Of a stretch of 33,217 nucleotides of DNA, positions 22,035 through 33,217 are shown one piece after another. Within the stretch, counting starts at the first letter, position 1. Every line of letters begins with the position of its first letter. The notes under the pieces are model-generated. The model had not been told where the DNA came from and ran no database searches. It saw nothing but the letters and a program-made list of their open reading frames with translations. The translations under genes were made by a program, and so were the position numbers. The stretch spans positions 124,001-157,217 of the forward strand of contig KZ538148.1 in assembly GCA_000934665.2 (NCBI GenBank), given 5' to 3'. This DNA is from Catajapyx aquilonaris. Its lineage: Eukaryota.

Positions 22035-22267
22035 GATACCATAAAAGTGAGCTATTCACAGGTTTTTAATGAACTACTGTATACTGTATGCTTCTTTAAA
22101 TAAGGTTTAATCAGAATAATCTACACATTTTTAGTTTCTCTTCTGGAAAAAGTATGTTCTATTTCTTTGGTTGTACGAAATGTAGGCATTTTGTCAGACT
22201 TTTATTTATTTTCCTTTGTTTTGGCAATGCATGGATAATCTGCACCCAGATAATCAGGAGTACAGTG
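22035..22267. mobile_element. Partial Tigger-like MITE (right part), homologous to 29815-30163
   Basis: Shared ataccataaaa..attca.aggtttttaatgaact.ctg..ctttaaataaggtttaa and the end gataatc.ggagt.cagtg|TA. Confidence 0.7.
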
Positions 22268-22285
22268 TATTTACATTGCGTGGTA

Positions 22286-23512
22286 CAGTGCTGGACACAT
22301 TAGCCGTCGCTGAATGTTTTTTTTACGTCGTCGACGGCACTGCGTTACCTGGCAACCCCGTCCGGCGGGCCAATTCAAACATCAGCATAATTATGGAGAG
22401 TGCTTATAGTGTCCTTTCCATTGTTGCTACTGTTTACAAATCAAGTGAGTGACGCGGACGACCCAGCGACGGGTCTCTTCTGGCTGCTTACACAGTATCT
22501 GCAGGGATACCCAGGAAAAAAACGGGAAAATAATGATATTAGAAGCAAACCACGTTGGGAAAATTATCCCAGGACTCAAAGAAAGGTATTCGTCCACATC
22601 AGCACACGAAATATATTCCACCCCTGAGGAGGGGGTGTCAGTGATTAAGATCAGGGGTGTGCTAATTCAAAGTGCGTCAACTGACGGATTCTTTCAGTTT
22701 TTGCGTCTTTTCCGCGTACTTCGACACCTCTCAGATGAATGGAGACCATGGCCCATATGTCAGACACCACATCAGTCTCGTAATTTGTCCCCAAAGACAT
22801 CATATCTCAAAATGGCTTCCGTTGTTCCGCATATACGAGTGCTAGGAAGACATACACGACTAACGCTTGTTGCAGGTGTTCATATTATTGTGTCCAACCC
22901 CTGTACGTGTCATGTTAGTCGTGTATCTCCTCTTGGCGCGAATATGACGCGAACGAGACGTACTCGTATATGCGGAACAGCGGAAGCCATTTTGAGATAT
23001 GACGTCTTTGGGGACAAATTACGAGACTGACGTGGTGTCTGTCATACGGGCCATGGTCTCCATTCATCTGAGAGGTGTCGAAGTACGCGGAAAAGACACA
23101 AAAACTGAAAGAATCCGTCAGTTGACTCACTTTGAATTAGCACACCCCTGATCTTAATCATTGACACCCCCTTCTCAGGGGTGGAATATATTCTGTGTGC
23201 TGATGTGGACGAATACCTTTCTTTGAGTCCTGGGATAATTTTCCCAACGTGGTTTGCTTCTAATATCATTATTTTCCCATTTTTTTCCTGTGTATCCCTG
23301 CAGATACTGTGTAAGCAGCCAGAAGAGACCCGTCGCTGGGTCGTCCGCGTCACTCACTCGATTTGTAAACAGTGGCAACAATGGAAAGGACACTATAAAC
23401 ACTCTCCATATGCTGATGTTTGAATTGGCCCGCCGGACGGGGTTGCCAGGTAACGCAGCGCCGTCGCCGACGGAAAAAAACCATTTAGCGACGGCTAATG
23501 TGTCCAGTACTG
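22286..23512. mobile_element. 1.2-kb foldback element with ~555-bp TIRs, TA TSD
   Basis: TA|cagtgctggacacattagccgtcgct ... agcgacggctaatgtgtccagtactg|TA. Arms 22286-22841 and 22961-23512. The mirrored ORFs in the track (22449+ / 23353-) confirm high arm identity. Confidence 0.93.
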
Positions 23513-23894
23513 TACAGGCAATCTTTGAGTCACACAAAATACCAAATAATGGCACCAACTGATTTCGATTGGACTGCATTAGTATTGCCAGGTTAACATA
23601 CAATTTAGGGAATTTGTCAAAATTACAGCCCCTGAGTAGGATGGTTTTTACTCTCATAATTGATGTGATACTCAAATAACTATCAATTTATGTAAGAAAA
23701 ATCCAGATTTTTATAGAACAGAGTTTGTAAATAGATCACACAGTTAATGCTACACTAAGACAATGCTTTGAAAAGTTATTGAAAACGGAACAATCTGAAA
23801 ACTTTGAAGTTTCCATTGTTGTGGATATGTTAATGTTGAGGAGTGATCTGAGTACTCCAGTAGATCCTTCACTAACTGGATTTCTTTGTTGCAG

Positions 23895-24032
23895 CCTTTG
23901 GCTTTTGTGAATTTGGCAACCCTGATGCTGGCTTGAGAGCCGTTCGTTTGCTTCATGATCTTCCTTTGGGGGACAAGCAACTTGTAGTTAAGGTAGATGC
24001 CAAAACCCAGACCATATTAGATGACTACAAAG
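23895..24032 (+). CDS. RBM25: RBM25 exon 4, rest of RRM (AFGFCEFGNPDAGLRAVRLLHDLPLGDKQLVVKVDAKTQTILDDYK)
   Basis: Acceptor tttctttgttgcag, donor G|gtaaga. RNP1-like AFGFCEF and LRA.RLLHDL...K.L.VKVDAKT. Confidence 0.93.
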
Positions 24033-24141
24033 GTAAGAGGTGTTCTGAGTGTGAGAAATTAGAGTGGATTTTTTTGTGAGTCAATGTGAGGATTTTTGGG
24101 TAGTTCAGACATATATTTCTAACTCATGACTTGCCCTTTAG

Positions 24142-24339
24142 CGGAGAGAAGGAAAAAGCGAAAGGCTACTGGAGACAAGTCTCCTCTCCAAGATGAAAAG
24201 ACAGAGGATGATGATGATTATATGGACAATGATATGAAAGAAGATGACAGGCAGGCCAAAGAGCGCATTGACATAATTATGAAGGATTATGAAATGGAGA
24301 TGAAGAATTATGTTCCACCACCTAACCGTCAAGGAGCAG
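24142..24339 (+). CDS. RBM25: RBM25 exon 5 (AERRKKRKATGDKSPLQDEKTEDDDDYMD...NRQGA)
   Basis: Acceptor ccctttag, donor G|gtaatt, 198 nt, phase 1/1. Confidence 0.88.
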
Positions 24340-25862
24340 GTAATTAATTGTCCATTATACATATCTGCATCTGGCAAAGTGGATTGTACCTAGTCATTGT
24401 TGGTAACCCTGTCTTGGGAAATTGCCTTGATTGAATGCATGTATGAATGAGATCCTTGACGGATAGCTCATTGGGCTTTATTTGCCAGATTTGGGGTCAC
24501 ACTTGACATTAGGTTTATGTTTATCTGCTGGTGTAGCAGTGCTGTACCACCAGTATATTACATTCATTTGTTCTGGTAGTGTGAGGCTGTGCTATCACTA
24601 CACTACCCCTTACATTCTACCAGTTGATAAACAAATAGACCTATTGATGTATGGTAGGTTTGGGCTGAGGCTGAAAAATAGTGTTACTTTGTGGTATTTT
24701 CAGTGTGTGTTTTTGTTTTAATAATTCCATTATATTTTCCTAGATTGTAGGGCAAATTGCATGTCCCATGATATGTTGCCTTTATTTTCTCCTCCTCTGA
24801 CCAGTAACACGTACCTCAAACCCTGGCATTGTACCAGAAATAGATGTTCCCTTGGCTGGCTGTCTTCCTTACTTCGTCCCTCTGTATTTTGTGTGCCAGA
24901 AAACCATCTTCATCGAAAGTCGGTTATGCCCTGGTAATGGAACCATTCCACATTTCTTTCTCTCTTGCCTATACCTCAAAAAGGGGGTTAAAAAGATACA
25001 AGATTCTAACAGAATTTTAAAATGCAAGTCATGCAATTTTAATGCTTGAAACATATTTTTGGTTTAAAATCCTGTGATATAAATTTCCACAGTGCAAATT
25101 CAAGGTAGCAATTTTATGGTATACAAATATATGACATGGAATACTTGTTTGCTTTTGTTAATTGTACTATAAGCTCTATATCGGACAGATACAAGACAAT
25201 TTTGAATTACTCTTATATTCAAAATTATCTCAGCATTGTTGTGATATAGTTCATCAGGTAGAGGCTTGCCTTCTGCCCTCCTATTCCTTCCTTATACTAT
25301 GTAGTTTTCCCAGGCTATGCATGAGTACCTTAAAGTAACAGTGGTGTTTGTTATACTTCAGTGTTACTATTGCTCTTTTCAAAATATTGAGTCTTAAAGT
25401 TAAGACAATGCCCTTCCCACCACAGACCTTTTACATGAACAAAAGTTGCACCATGGCATGCCTGAATAACGGGAAAACAAGTAAATAACGGGAAAGCAAG
25501 TAAATGTCTGCATATCTGCCTTGTTAATGGGTGCAGTGCAGGATTATTGACCTTGAAACATAGACTTCTGGCCTTTTACTACTAGGGCCAGGAAATTTAT
25601 CCCATGATTGTCATTGATACCAAAATATTGTCATAAAATTCACACCTTAAATTTTTATGCCATTGTATTTCAAATCAAATACTTTCTTACTACCAGGAGT
25701 TAGAATTTTTGTATACAATTTTTAATCATAATATTTCCCTTCTCAAATGTGTTACATACCAATGATTTTTAAAATGGGGGGATGAAAGTCTTGTTGGGGG
25801 ACAAATAGATTGATGAAGTTGGAGTGTTGCCTGATGTAAACTTGATGTGGTTGGTGTTTCAG

Positions 25863-25948
25863 AGAAAGAGCGGAAAATGTCCAGAACTCAGGAGAAACTC
25901 ATGAAATTGAGTCATACTACAGATGTTGCTACAGGAGATGCTTCTCTG
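25863..25948 (+). CDS. RBM25: RBM25 exon 6 (EKERKMSRTQEKLMKLSHTTDVATGDASL)
   Basis: Acceptor gtgtttcag, donor CTG|gtaagc. The 86 nt restore phase 1 to phase 0, as exon 7 requires. Confidence 0.8.
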
Positions 25949-26007
25949 GTAAGCCATGTTGGTTCTTCCAGCTAGGAAGGTAATAAATGTACAACTTTTT
26001 GATTTAG

Positions 26008-26088
26008 AACTTAGAGGATGTGGAAATGGAAGAGGGAAAGAAGGAGCTAATTAGCCGAGAGATTGGCAAGTTCCGTGAAAACATGAAG
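26008..26088 (+). CDS. RBM25: RBM25 exon 7 (NLEDVEMEEGKKELISREIGKFRENMK)
   Basis: Acceptor tttttgatttag after a 59-nt intron, donor AAG|gtaact. Conserved EMEE.K..LISREI.KFR motif. Confidence 0.92.
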
Positions 26089-29009
26089 GTAACTATCAGG
26101 TGGAACAGTAGGGGGTACAGTTTTTTTTCTTTTGGTACTTTTTTGTCTTTTCGGTTCCTCTTGGAGCTTTTTCCAGGGCATTAATTTGTCATGTGTAATC
26201 AGCTTAGACCCAAAAGCAGGACAAACGCCAGTATGTGGAAAAGCCCTCATTCTAATCAAGTGGGAACAAAAATTAGTTGCATATTTTACTGGGGGTGTTA
26301 TAGTTAGAATTGTTTTATTTTATTTCAACTCAAAATCAGTGGAGAGAGTATTTTAGTACCGAGAAAAATATATTTTGTACAGGGGGTTGAAAATGGTAAG
26401 GGGGACTGTGCTTTGCCACGGCAAACACAATGATTGTGATAATTCCTCAAACATAGGCAAACCAATTTGTTGCGATGGAAGAAGCCATGTACACATTCTG
26501 CCTGCTGACTTCCTTGATTGTTTAATTGACATGGGTGGTGAGTAACGTGCACCATGTGCTTTCCTCATAGTAATGCTTCTTGTGCCAAAAAAAACAATGT
26601 GTTCCTTACAATACTGTACATGTAGTTGGAACTGGTCTACTGCAGCTCAGTTGTTTTCAATTAAGATTAGTTGGTTTTTTTTTCCATGGTGTTCCTCTCC
26701 CACTTGACCCATGCACCGTCCCTTTTCTACTGCCAATACTGTTTTGTGCTACAAAAAAGGTAAAGTTTCTCTGTTAAGAAATTACAGCCGAGTGCTGAAC
26801 TCTTCTGTTTCTGTCTTTTGTTAGCAATTAAATTTGGCAAAGTCAACTGTAGTAGTGTGGCAGATTCACATATTTACGTGCAGTTAAAAAATAACCACAA
26901 CCTCACAATGTAGCATGATTGTGTACCCCACCTTTCCATGTCATTTTTCATCCATCCTACACAATTTAAGACCAAATTTTATTTACCTCACCTTGTTCAG
27001 ATTAATGATAAGACATGCTGCATGACATAGGGCTAGGACAAGGTCCCACAAAAAAAAACGTAAGATGCATTTTCAAAAATTTCTTATTTATAAACAAGAA
27101 TGCACTTTCTATTGCCATGGCTAACCTCTTAAAAGTTGTTAGTTTTGTTGTGGAGGCTATCTTTTTTATAATCTGACCACAAACAAGCATTCATTATTGT
27201 AGTCAAGAGTTCTCTGTAGAGCGATAAGAGATTTGGGGTTGCGGCTTAGCAGTTGGCACACGCCACCCCACCCCCCCTCAGAGAGGACGCTCAGGCAACT
27301 GGCAGCCTTGCATTTTGTCCTCAGAGAAAGGTAGGAACAAAGCCACCTTAGTTGTGTACAAAAGTAATTGCATTTGCCAGAAACACGAATTTAAAAAATC
27401 CAGTCTGTGATTTCTTTTTTGAAACTTTTGATGTCTGTGTGCAAACAAGAATCACTTTTACTCACTGTAACTCAAGTTTAGGTTCTGATGCTGCAGGGAT
27501 GAAACTCGCCACAAGGTAAGGCAGGAAATGAAGACTTTTTTCAAAACTTGATGAAATTGTGGCGCAGGAGTATCGGAAATCAGTTCACTTTTTCTTTAAC
27601 ATGGCATGACACCATTTGTTGTTAGTTTTATAGTTTGCACTGTCACTCACTTGAGAGTGCAGATTGTAAGGATTTAGACATAACATATGGCTTCTCAAAG
27701 AGATGGCTTAAGAGCAGTGTGTGATAAAAATGATCACTGCTCTTTGTGTTGTTTCTTTGGGATTTTGTGAAGCTGTTGGAAGAGGATAACAGCAACATAA
27801 TGGGTCTCATTGACAGGCTGTGTGGTTTGTATCAGCCTAGTCTTTGGAACTTCAGATTCAGCGCCTGTTATGCTGTCGGTATGTGTTTGACAGTGTTTGG
27901 TGAGGGGAGCAACAGCTTTTAACAGTTAAGGGGAATTCAAAAATTTATGGAGGACTTGCATAAGCTCTCGCTGGGCACGTTCTCTTTGCTGCACGAATGG
28001 GACTGTTGAAATTTGCAAATAACCCTCAAAGGACAGGGTAGAAAGTATGTTGAAACTCCTCAACCCCCCCTTTGTGAAAAATACCATTCCACAAACATAG
28101 GGAGTTAGGATGGGGTTACTGGCTAAAGGGCAATATTTGTCAGTTTAGACTGTATACAAACATGTTTAATGCATCCTTATTTGCGAAACATTTTGCTCAT
28201 TCTTGAGTTGAGGAAGCAGGTAACCTAACAAAGAGCTGGGTTGTTGGGGGGAGGGGGAATGAGGATGAGTTCGTAATGACCCAACTTGAGCCTGACACAA
28301 GATACATGTGTACAGATGTCTTTATGAATTTTTCAAAATTCAGGATCACCAAATTTGTGTGAATAATTAAGCATCGGGAATGCTAGTAAAGCATCCATTG
28401 AGCTGGACTTATGCATGAAGGAAATGAAACTGATTAGTCTTTAACTCCCTTCCAGATTTTAGATTATTTTGAGAAAATACTCGTTAAGAGGAGAAGGCAC
28501 CAGACATCTGCACACATTCTCACATATGACAAGAGCAAGCTTCTGCCTTGAAAGTTGGTTGTTCTAGGATCTGAACAAACTTTGTGTAAGAAGTATGTAC
28601 AGCAGCCCTTTAGGCTATACAGGAGAAAAAGGCAGCACCTCGTTCTGTTATGAATTTTGCTTGACTTGTCAGCATTAGTATGGGGTAATGTCTGCAGGGC
28701 CAGTTCTTTTACTTTATAAATATCGGCTGCTGACAGGTGACATGCTCTGTCCCATGCTCAATAAGAAGACAACTTTTAAAACCCTGATGGCCTAATAGGT
28801 GTATGTGTCTGAGAGTCAGGTAGATGATTGGAGTCAAACTTCTGTTGTCTGCCTGATTTGTGTTTTTTGCACTACCAATGATGATATCACCTTTTGGCAG
28901 CCTAGCTTGGTGTATGGAGCTCAGGCAGGAACCACTTGCACAGTTTCTTAGTGAAACCTACCATACTCATGCCTCCTGTTTTGCTTTTTTCTCTCACCCC
29001 TTATTTTAG

Positions 29010-29419
29010 AGACAGGAGGAAGAGAAGGAGGCTGAGAGACGCAAGAGGGAGGCTGAAAGCAGGGACGCTCAGAAGAGGGACAGGCGAGGGGAAAGAGGAA
29101 GTCAAGGAATGGGGCAGCAGCCAAAGGAGTCCCCTCAATCCAGATCCAGGACTCCTTCTGGGTCACCTCGATCTCGGTCACCAGAGGATTCCCTGATGCA
29201 ACAGATGGCCAGGCGATCACGCAGTGGGTCACCCCCTCTCCAAGATCACTCGTCTAGGAGGTCCCGATCCTCCAAAGTCAGTGGTAGTGGAGGCAGAGAC
29301 AGAGATCGTGGACGGGACCATGATAGAGAGCGAGAGCGAGAGCAGCGGGAGAGGGAGAGGGAGCGTGAGAGGGAGCGTGAGAGAGAACGGGAGAGGGAGA
29401 GAGAGAGGGAGAGATCAAG
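29010..29419 (+). CDS. RBM25: RBM25 exon 8, RS/RE-rich region (RQEEEKEAERRKREAE...SRSRTPSGSPRSRSP...ERERERERS)
   Basis: Long pyrimidine tract plus ttttag, donor AG|gtgagt, 410 nt open in phase 0. RE dipeptide repeats. Confidence 0.92.
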
Positions 29420-29814
29420 GTGAGTTCATATTTGGGGAGGAAGCTTCCCAAAGAAGGTTATATTGCCAAGTTGGATTTCATTGGTCTAACAAGGCAAAGG
29501 TGGTGAGAAGCCTGACTCAAAATTCTCTCTTTCTTGGACTTTGCATCAATGGAAATAATACCGGTGAAATGTAGGAAAATTGGAGTTTTTAAAGAACATA
29601 TTTGTTTAAAAATCTTACATTTTCCAGGAATTCATTGCATAAATGCATATTCCATGTAATCAAATGCTGAATCTGCAACTGAGCACGTTATTTGTGCATT
29701 TGCTAATAATTCTGTCCACTTGCCCTATTTCGTGTGGGGAGGATTTTTTTTTTTAACCTGTCCAAAAATGTTCATGCTATTATAATCATGGAAAGACCCA
29801 AATCATGTGTATTA

Positions 29815-30163
29815 CACTGAACTCCCGATTATTATTAATGCCAATGAATGCACGGATGTGCCCAGAAATAGGAAAACATGGATAATCCGAAAATGGTCCT
29901 AGATATACCATAAAAAATTAGCAATTCATAGGTTTTTAATGAACTGCTGCAAACATTGTATGTTGCTTTAAATAAGGTTTAAATAATAATAAAACTTACT
30001 GTAGATTTTTAATTTGTCTTCTGGAGAAGGTTCGTTATATTTCTTTGCACATGTGAGACACATTGACATTCTTTTGGAATTTTACTTCTAGCCTTTTTTT
30101 TGGGCTATGCACAGATAATTCACAACACTGATAAGCTGCTCACGGATAATCGGGAGTGCAGTG
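29815..30163. mobile_element. Tigger-like MITE
   Basis: TA|cactgaactcccgattat ... ataatcgggagtgcagtg|TA. Confidence 0.8.
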
Positions 30164-30691
30164 TATTAAGTATGCATGACTTGTTTGGACAAAATGGCTG
30201 TCAGTTGAGTATAATTATAGATAGTGCACGTGCAATGTACAGCCGAAACTTCACAAACTTGCTTATCATGTAGAAGACCTCAAGTAATGTAAATATCTCC
30301 TTATGTAAATTGACAAGAATAAATATTTTTAAAATGGTGCTCTGCAATACCAAGGCCCTAATATTTGCTTCAACTCTTGTCATTTACAATTCACCTGTTA
30401 AAGGTCTAGTCTGTCAAGGTATTGATGTGTTTATATATTTTAGTATGCACAGGCAGGCTACTGAACTTATCTTGCACCAATCTGGTTCCCATAATGCGTG
30501 TTGTGGAAGGATATTTGTGCTTCGGGTTTGCTATTGATTCCTGGAATGGATCAGTCTACTGCATATAGTACTTTAAGGGCACACTGAATGCATCACAGCA
30601 CGGATGGGATACCTTGTTAGATGAGATTCGTTGTAATTTCTAATATATCTAAGGAGTTTTGAAATTGCTAACCACCCTGACGCCTTTCCAG

Positions 30692-30836
30692 AACTCGAGA
30701 GAGGACAAGAGAGAGAGAAGAGGCTCCAGTGAGGAAGTCAGATAAGGAGATACTACTGGAGAAAGAAAAGGAAGAAGAAAATAAGGAGAGGAAGAAACTA
30801 GAGAGGAAAGCCCGGGAGAAGGAGGCAGCTTATCAG
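30692..30836 (+). CDS. RBM25: RBM25 exon 9 (TRERTREREE...ERKKLERKAREKEAAYQ)
   Basis: Acceptor cctttccag, donor CAG|gttagt. Conserved ER.KLERK.REKEAAYQ. Confidence 0.93.
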
Positions 30837-30899
30837 GTTAGTTTGACCTTGTTTGATTGAAATTAGTTCAACCACATATTAACTACTTGCCATTTTCAG

Positions 30900-31066
30900 G
30901 AACGCCTGAGAAACTGGGAGACACGGGAGCGCCGTAAAATGAAAGAGTATGATAAGGAGAAGGAAAAAGAGAGGCAAAAGCACGAGGAGATTGGCCGGGA
31001 GGCCAGGCATCTCAAGGAGTTTTTAGAAGATTATGATGATGAGAGAGATGACCCAAAATACTACAA
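30900..31066 (+). CDS. RBM25: RBM25 exon 10 (ERLRNWETRERRK...EARHLKEFLEDYDDERDDPKYY)
   Basis: Acceptor cattttcag, donor AA|gtaagt. Hallmark RBM25 motif LKEFLEDYDD.RDDPKYY. Confidence 0.95.
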
Positions 31067-31323
31067 GTAAGTCAAATTTAAGCGGAGATAGACAAGAACA
31101 ATGGCTTGTCTAGGTCCTCCGGTGCAGTTCTAGTTACTGTAGTTGTGTTGCTAATTTGCATCAAATTGTTTTTTACCTCACATTATGTTGTATGATTTTA
31201 GTAGTTGATTATTCTTTGACAACATGAGAAAATTCAATGCCAAGCATCATTATTGGATGACCTTGGATGAATGATTTACTTGTGCAGTGCAGTTTTCATT
31301 CCTCAGGGTAACATGTAAAAGAC

Positions 31324-31704
31324 TAGACCACGGACTAGGAATACTAAGGACTGGACAATCCCCCTCTTATCGCGTTGGGAGGCTAACGGGGAGGTAATGC
31401 GGTGCAGAACCACAGGCAGCACTGATCAGGGACCAGACTGTAGAGAAGCACATCGCATCGATGCCATCGATGACTAGTTTGAAGAGCACATGCTCAGGCC
31501 CAAGCAGCTCATTGGTTTAAATTTGAACAAGCACCATATGTGCAGATAGGTGCTTCGATCGATGGGATCGACACGAAGTGCTTCTCTTCGGTCTGGTCCC
31601 TGATCAGTGCCGCCTGTGGTTCTGTACTGCATTACCTCCCTGTTAGCCTCCCAATGCGATCAGAGGGAGAGTGTCCAGTCCTTAGTATTCTAGTCTGTGG
31701 ACTA
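31324..31704. mobile_element. Palindromic MITE with TAG...CTA ends and 3-bp duplication (Academ-like, tentative)
   Basis: gac|tagaccacggactaggaatactaaggactggaca ... tgtccagtccttagtattctagtctgtggacta|gac. Arms about 145 bp. Confidence 0.82.
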
Positions 31705-32322
31705 GACTCTGCCCAAGTAGACAGTCCTAAGTGTGGCAATGGGTGAATAAGTCATCCCTGGTAGTGTAAACAAAGTTTGTGGCCATCTCATGCCATTTGC
31801 ATATTGTTTGATTGTTGGGGAATTGGTTTGATAGTGGTTTAAGATGAAAACAGTACACTTCCCACGTGCATACATTACATAAACAGGATTTTTTTTAAAG
31901 TGAAGAAAGCTCTGGCTATTTTCAATAAAAATTCTGCAGCAATCAAATGATATGCAGTATGGTCTGCAACTTGGTTTATACATGAGGTCCCAGATTATTC
32001 AGTTATGCTTGTTTAGTACAAATTAAAATTCGGTAAAAGATGCAGTAACAACAGCAACTTGGAATGTGTTCATTTTAGGTACTGAATACATCATGGTGTG
32101 ATGAGAAATGCTAACTGAAAATAGATATATGTGTTGTAGCACATTATAATCATACCATTTATCTTGAAAGTTGCAAGGGGAGTGAAAAGGAGCATAGCTG
32201 GCTGTGAGCTCTTGAGTGGCTTTAGTATCCATTGTCAACTTCACCAATTTGATCATCATTTTTGTCCCCCATACCTGGTTTGGGAACTTCATTCATAAAC
32301 CCTATTCACCCATGTCTCACAG

Positions 32323-32765
32323 GGGCAGAGAGCTGCAAAGGAGGCAGATAGATCGTGAGAAGGAGCTAGAACAAGACAACAAAGATCGCCAACGGGAGAA
32401 GGAGGAGCTGGATGAGCTGCGGGCCAAGATCTTCTCTGAGGGCCACCCTAACCCAAGTGCTGAGTTTGAAAGGTTGAAGCAGGAGAGAGAGGAGATGTAT
32501 AGGCCCAAGCCTGTTCCAACATTGCCCTCTAAGACAGACATTATATTGGTGCCTGATAATAAAAGCGAGAAAAGTGCTCTGCGAGGGATAGGGGCAGTTC
32601 CATCCCCACCAATTCCACCTCATCCGGATCTCAAGAAGGTCATAGAAATAACCTCACCTATAGAGGAATTGCCAAGAGTTTTACCTGCACGGGAAGATGA
32701 GGAGAGCAGGGCTAGCTTCCTCTCAGCTCCTTCCATCTCACCCATTGCCATGGATGAAAAGACAG
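32323..32765 (+). CDS. RBM25: RBM25 exon 11 (GRELQRRQIDREKELEQDNKDRQREKEELDELR...MDEKT); gene continues past the window
   Basis: Acceptor tctcacag, donor G|gtaatg. D..DR.REKEEL.E.R and EGHP.P.AE motifs. No PWI exon within the window. Confidence 0.9.
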
Positions 32766-33217
32766 GTAATGATTATGATGATTTTTGTTATTGCCTTTTG
32801 TTTTTATGCATATAGCAGCATATATTGCATATAGGCAGAGGTGAGGGAGGGAGGGGAGTATGCAGATGGCTGGGGGATGGACATCATTACTGGCTAGGTC
32901 CAGAGTAACAATAGTGTCCACGACAGGCCTAGAATGAAGTGATCTAAGAAAATGGTTTTCTAGTTTGTTCTATTTGACTTGGGTCTTGTACATCACTGAC
33001 TGCCTCATTTATAGAGAAATGTCATGGTTTGTTTTGTTTCTTTGTTTTTATGTCCACAAATGTCTTCCGTGGAGAGGAAAAATTAATTGCATGTTAGAAG
33101 CAAAGGGTGGAATTTTCGTTGTACTTGCCCAAACCCAGAATAATTCGCTCACCCTGATATTTCCCAGTTGAGAATATGGAAATGACGAAATATAAATTAA
33201 TTGCACATAAATAGGGT

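Noticed and set aside
22380..22404. RE1/REST-like sequence atcagcata..tggagagtgct in the MITE arms
   Set aside because: The spacing and several core bases differ from TTCAGCACCnnGGACAG. Treated only as a conserved TIR block.
22449..23353. 193-aa ORF (22449-23030, +) and its mirror ORF (23042-23353, -)
   Set aside because: Both lie in the arms of a foldback MITE, have no recognisable domain or convincing start, and resemble each other only because of the inverted repeat.
25466..25505. 18-bp tandem duplication aataacgggaaa(a/g)caagta; similar duplication at about 10084-10124
   Set aside because: Ordinary slippage duplications with no further structure.
28878..28960. Possible intronic C/D snoRNA (ATGATGA box C)
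   Set aside because: There is no box D (CTGA) with a terminal stem at a suitable distance within the intron.

Overview
Eukaryotic (arthropod, probably insect) genomic DNA carrying two head-to-head, intron-rich genes whose start codons are about 2.2 kb apart. On the minus strand is a TJAP1/BEGAIN-family coiled-coil gene with five coding exons read at 8819-6389. Its 3' exons were not found and probably lie left of the window. On the plus strand is RBM25 (Pro-rich N-terminus, RRM, RE/RD-rich region) with eleven coding exons from 10981 to 32765. The expected C-terminal PWI domain would lie beyond the window. The introns are packed with non-autonomous transposons: five copies of one tRNA-derived SINE family with target-site duplications, many palindromic MITEs, a decayed hAT/Charlie element, and two multi-layer nested insertion clusters (1882-3468 and 12562-17557). 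The most interesting points are a candidate NMD poison exon in TE-free RBM25 intron 7, an out-of-frame 'GKLQ' remnant at the RBM25 exon 3 donor, a ~2-kb foldback element apparently built from two inverted transposase 3' ends, and SINE copies with swapped 3' tails. Almost all ORFs in the supplied track are spurious. All family assignments come from reading and recall, not database searches.
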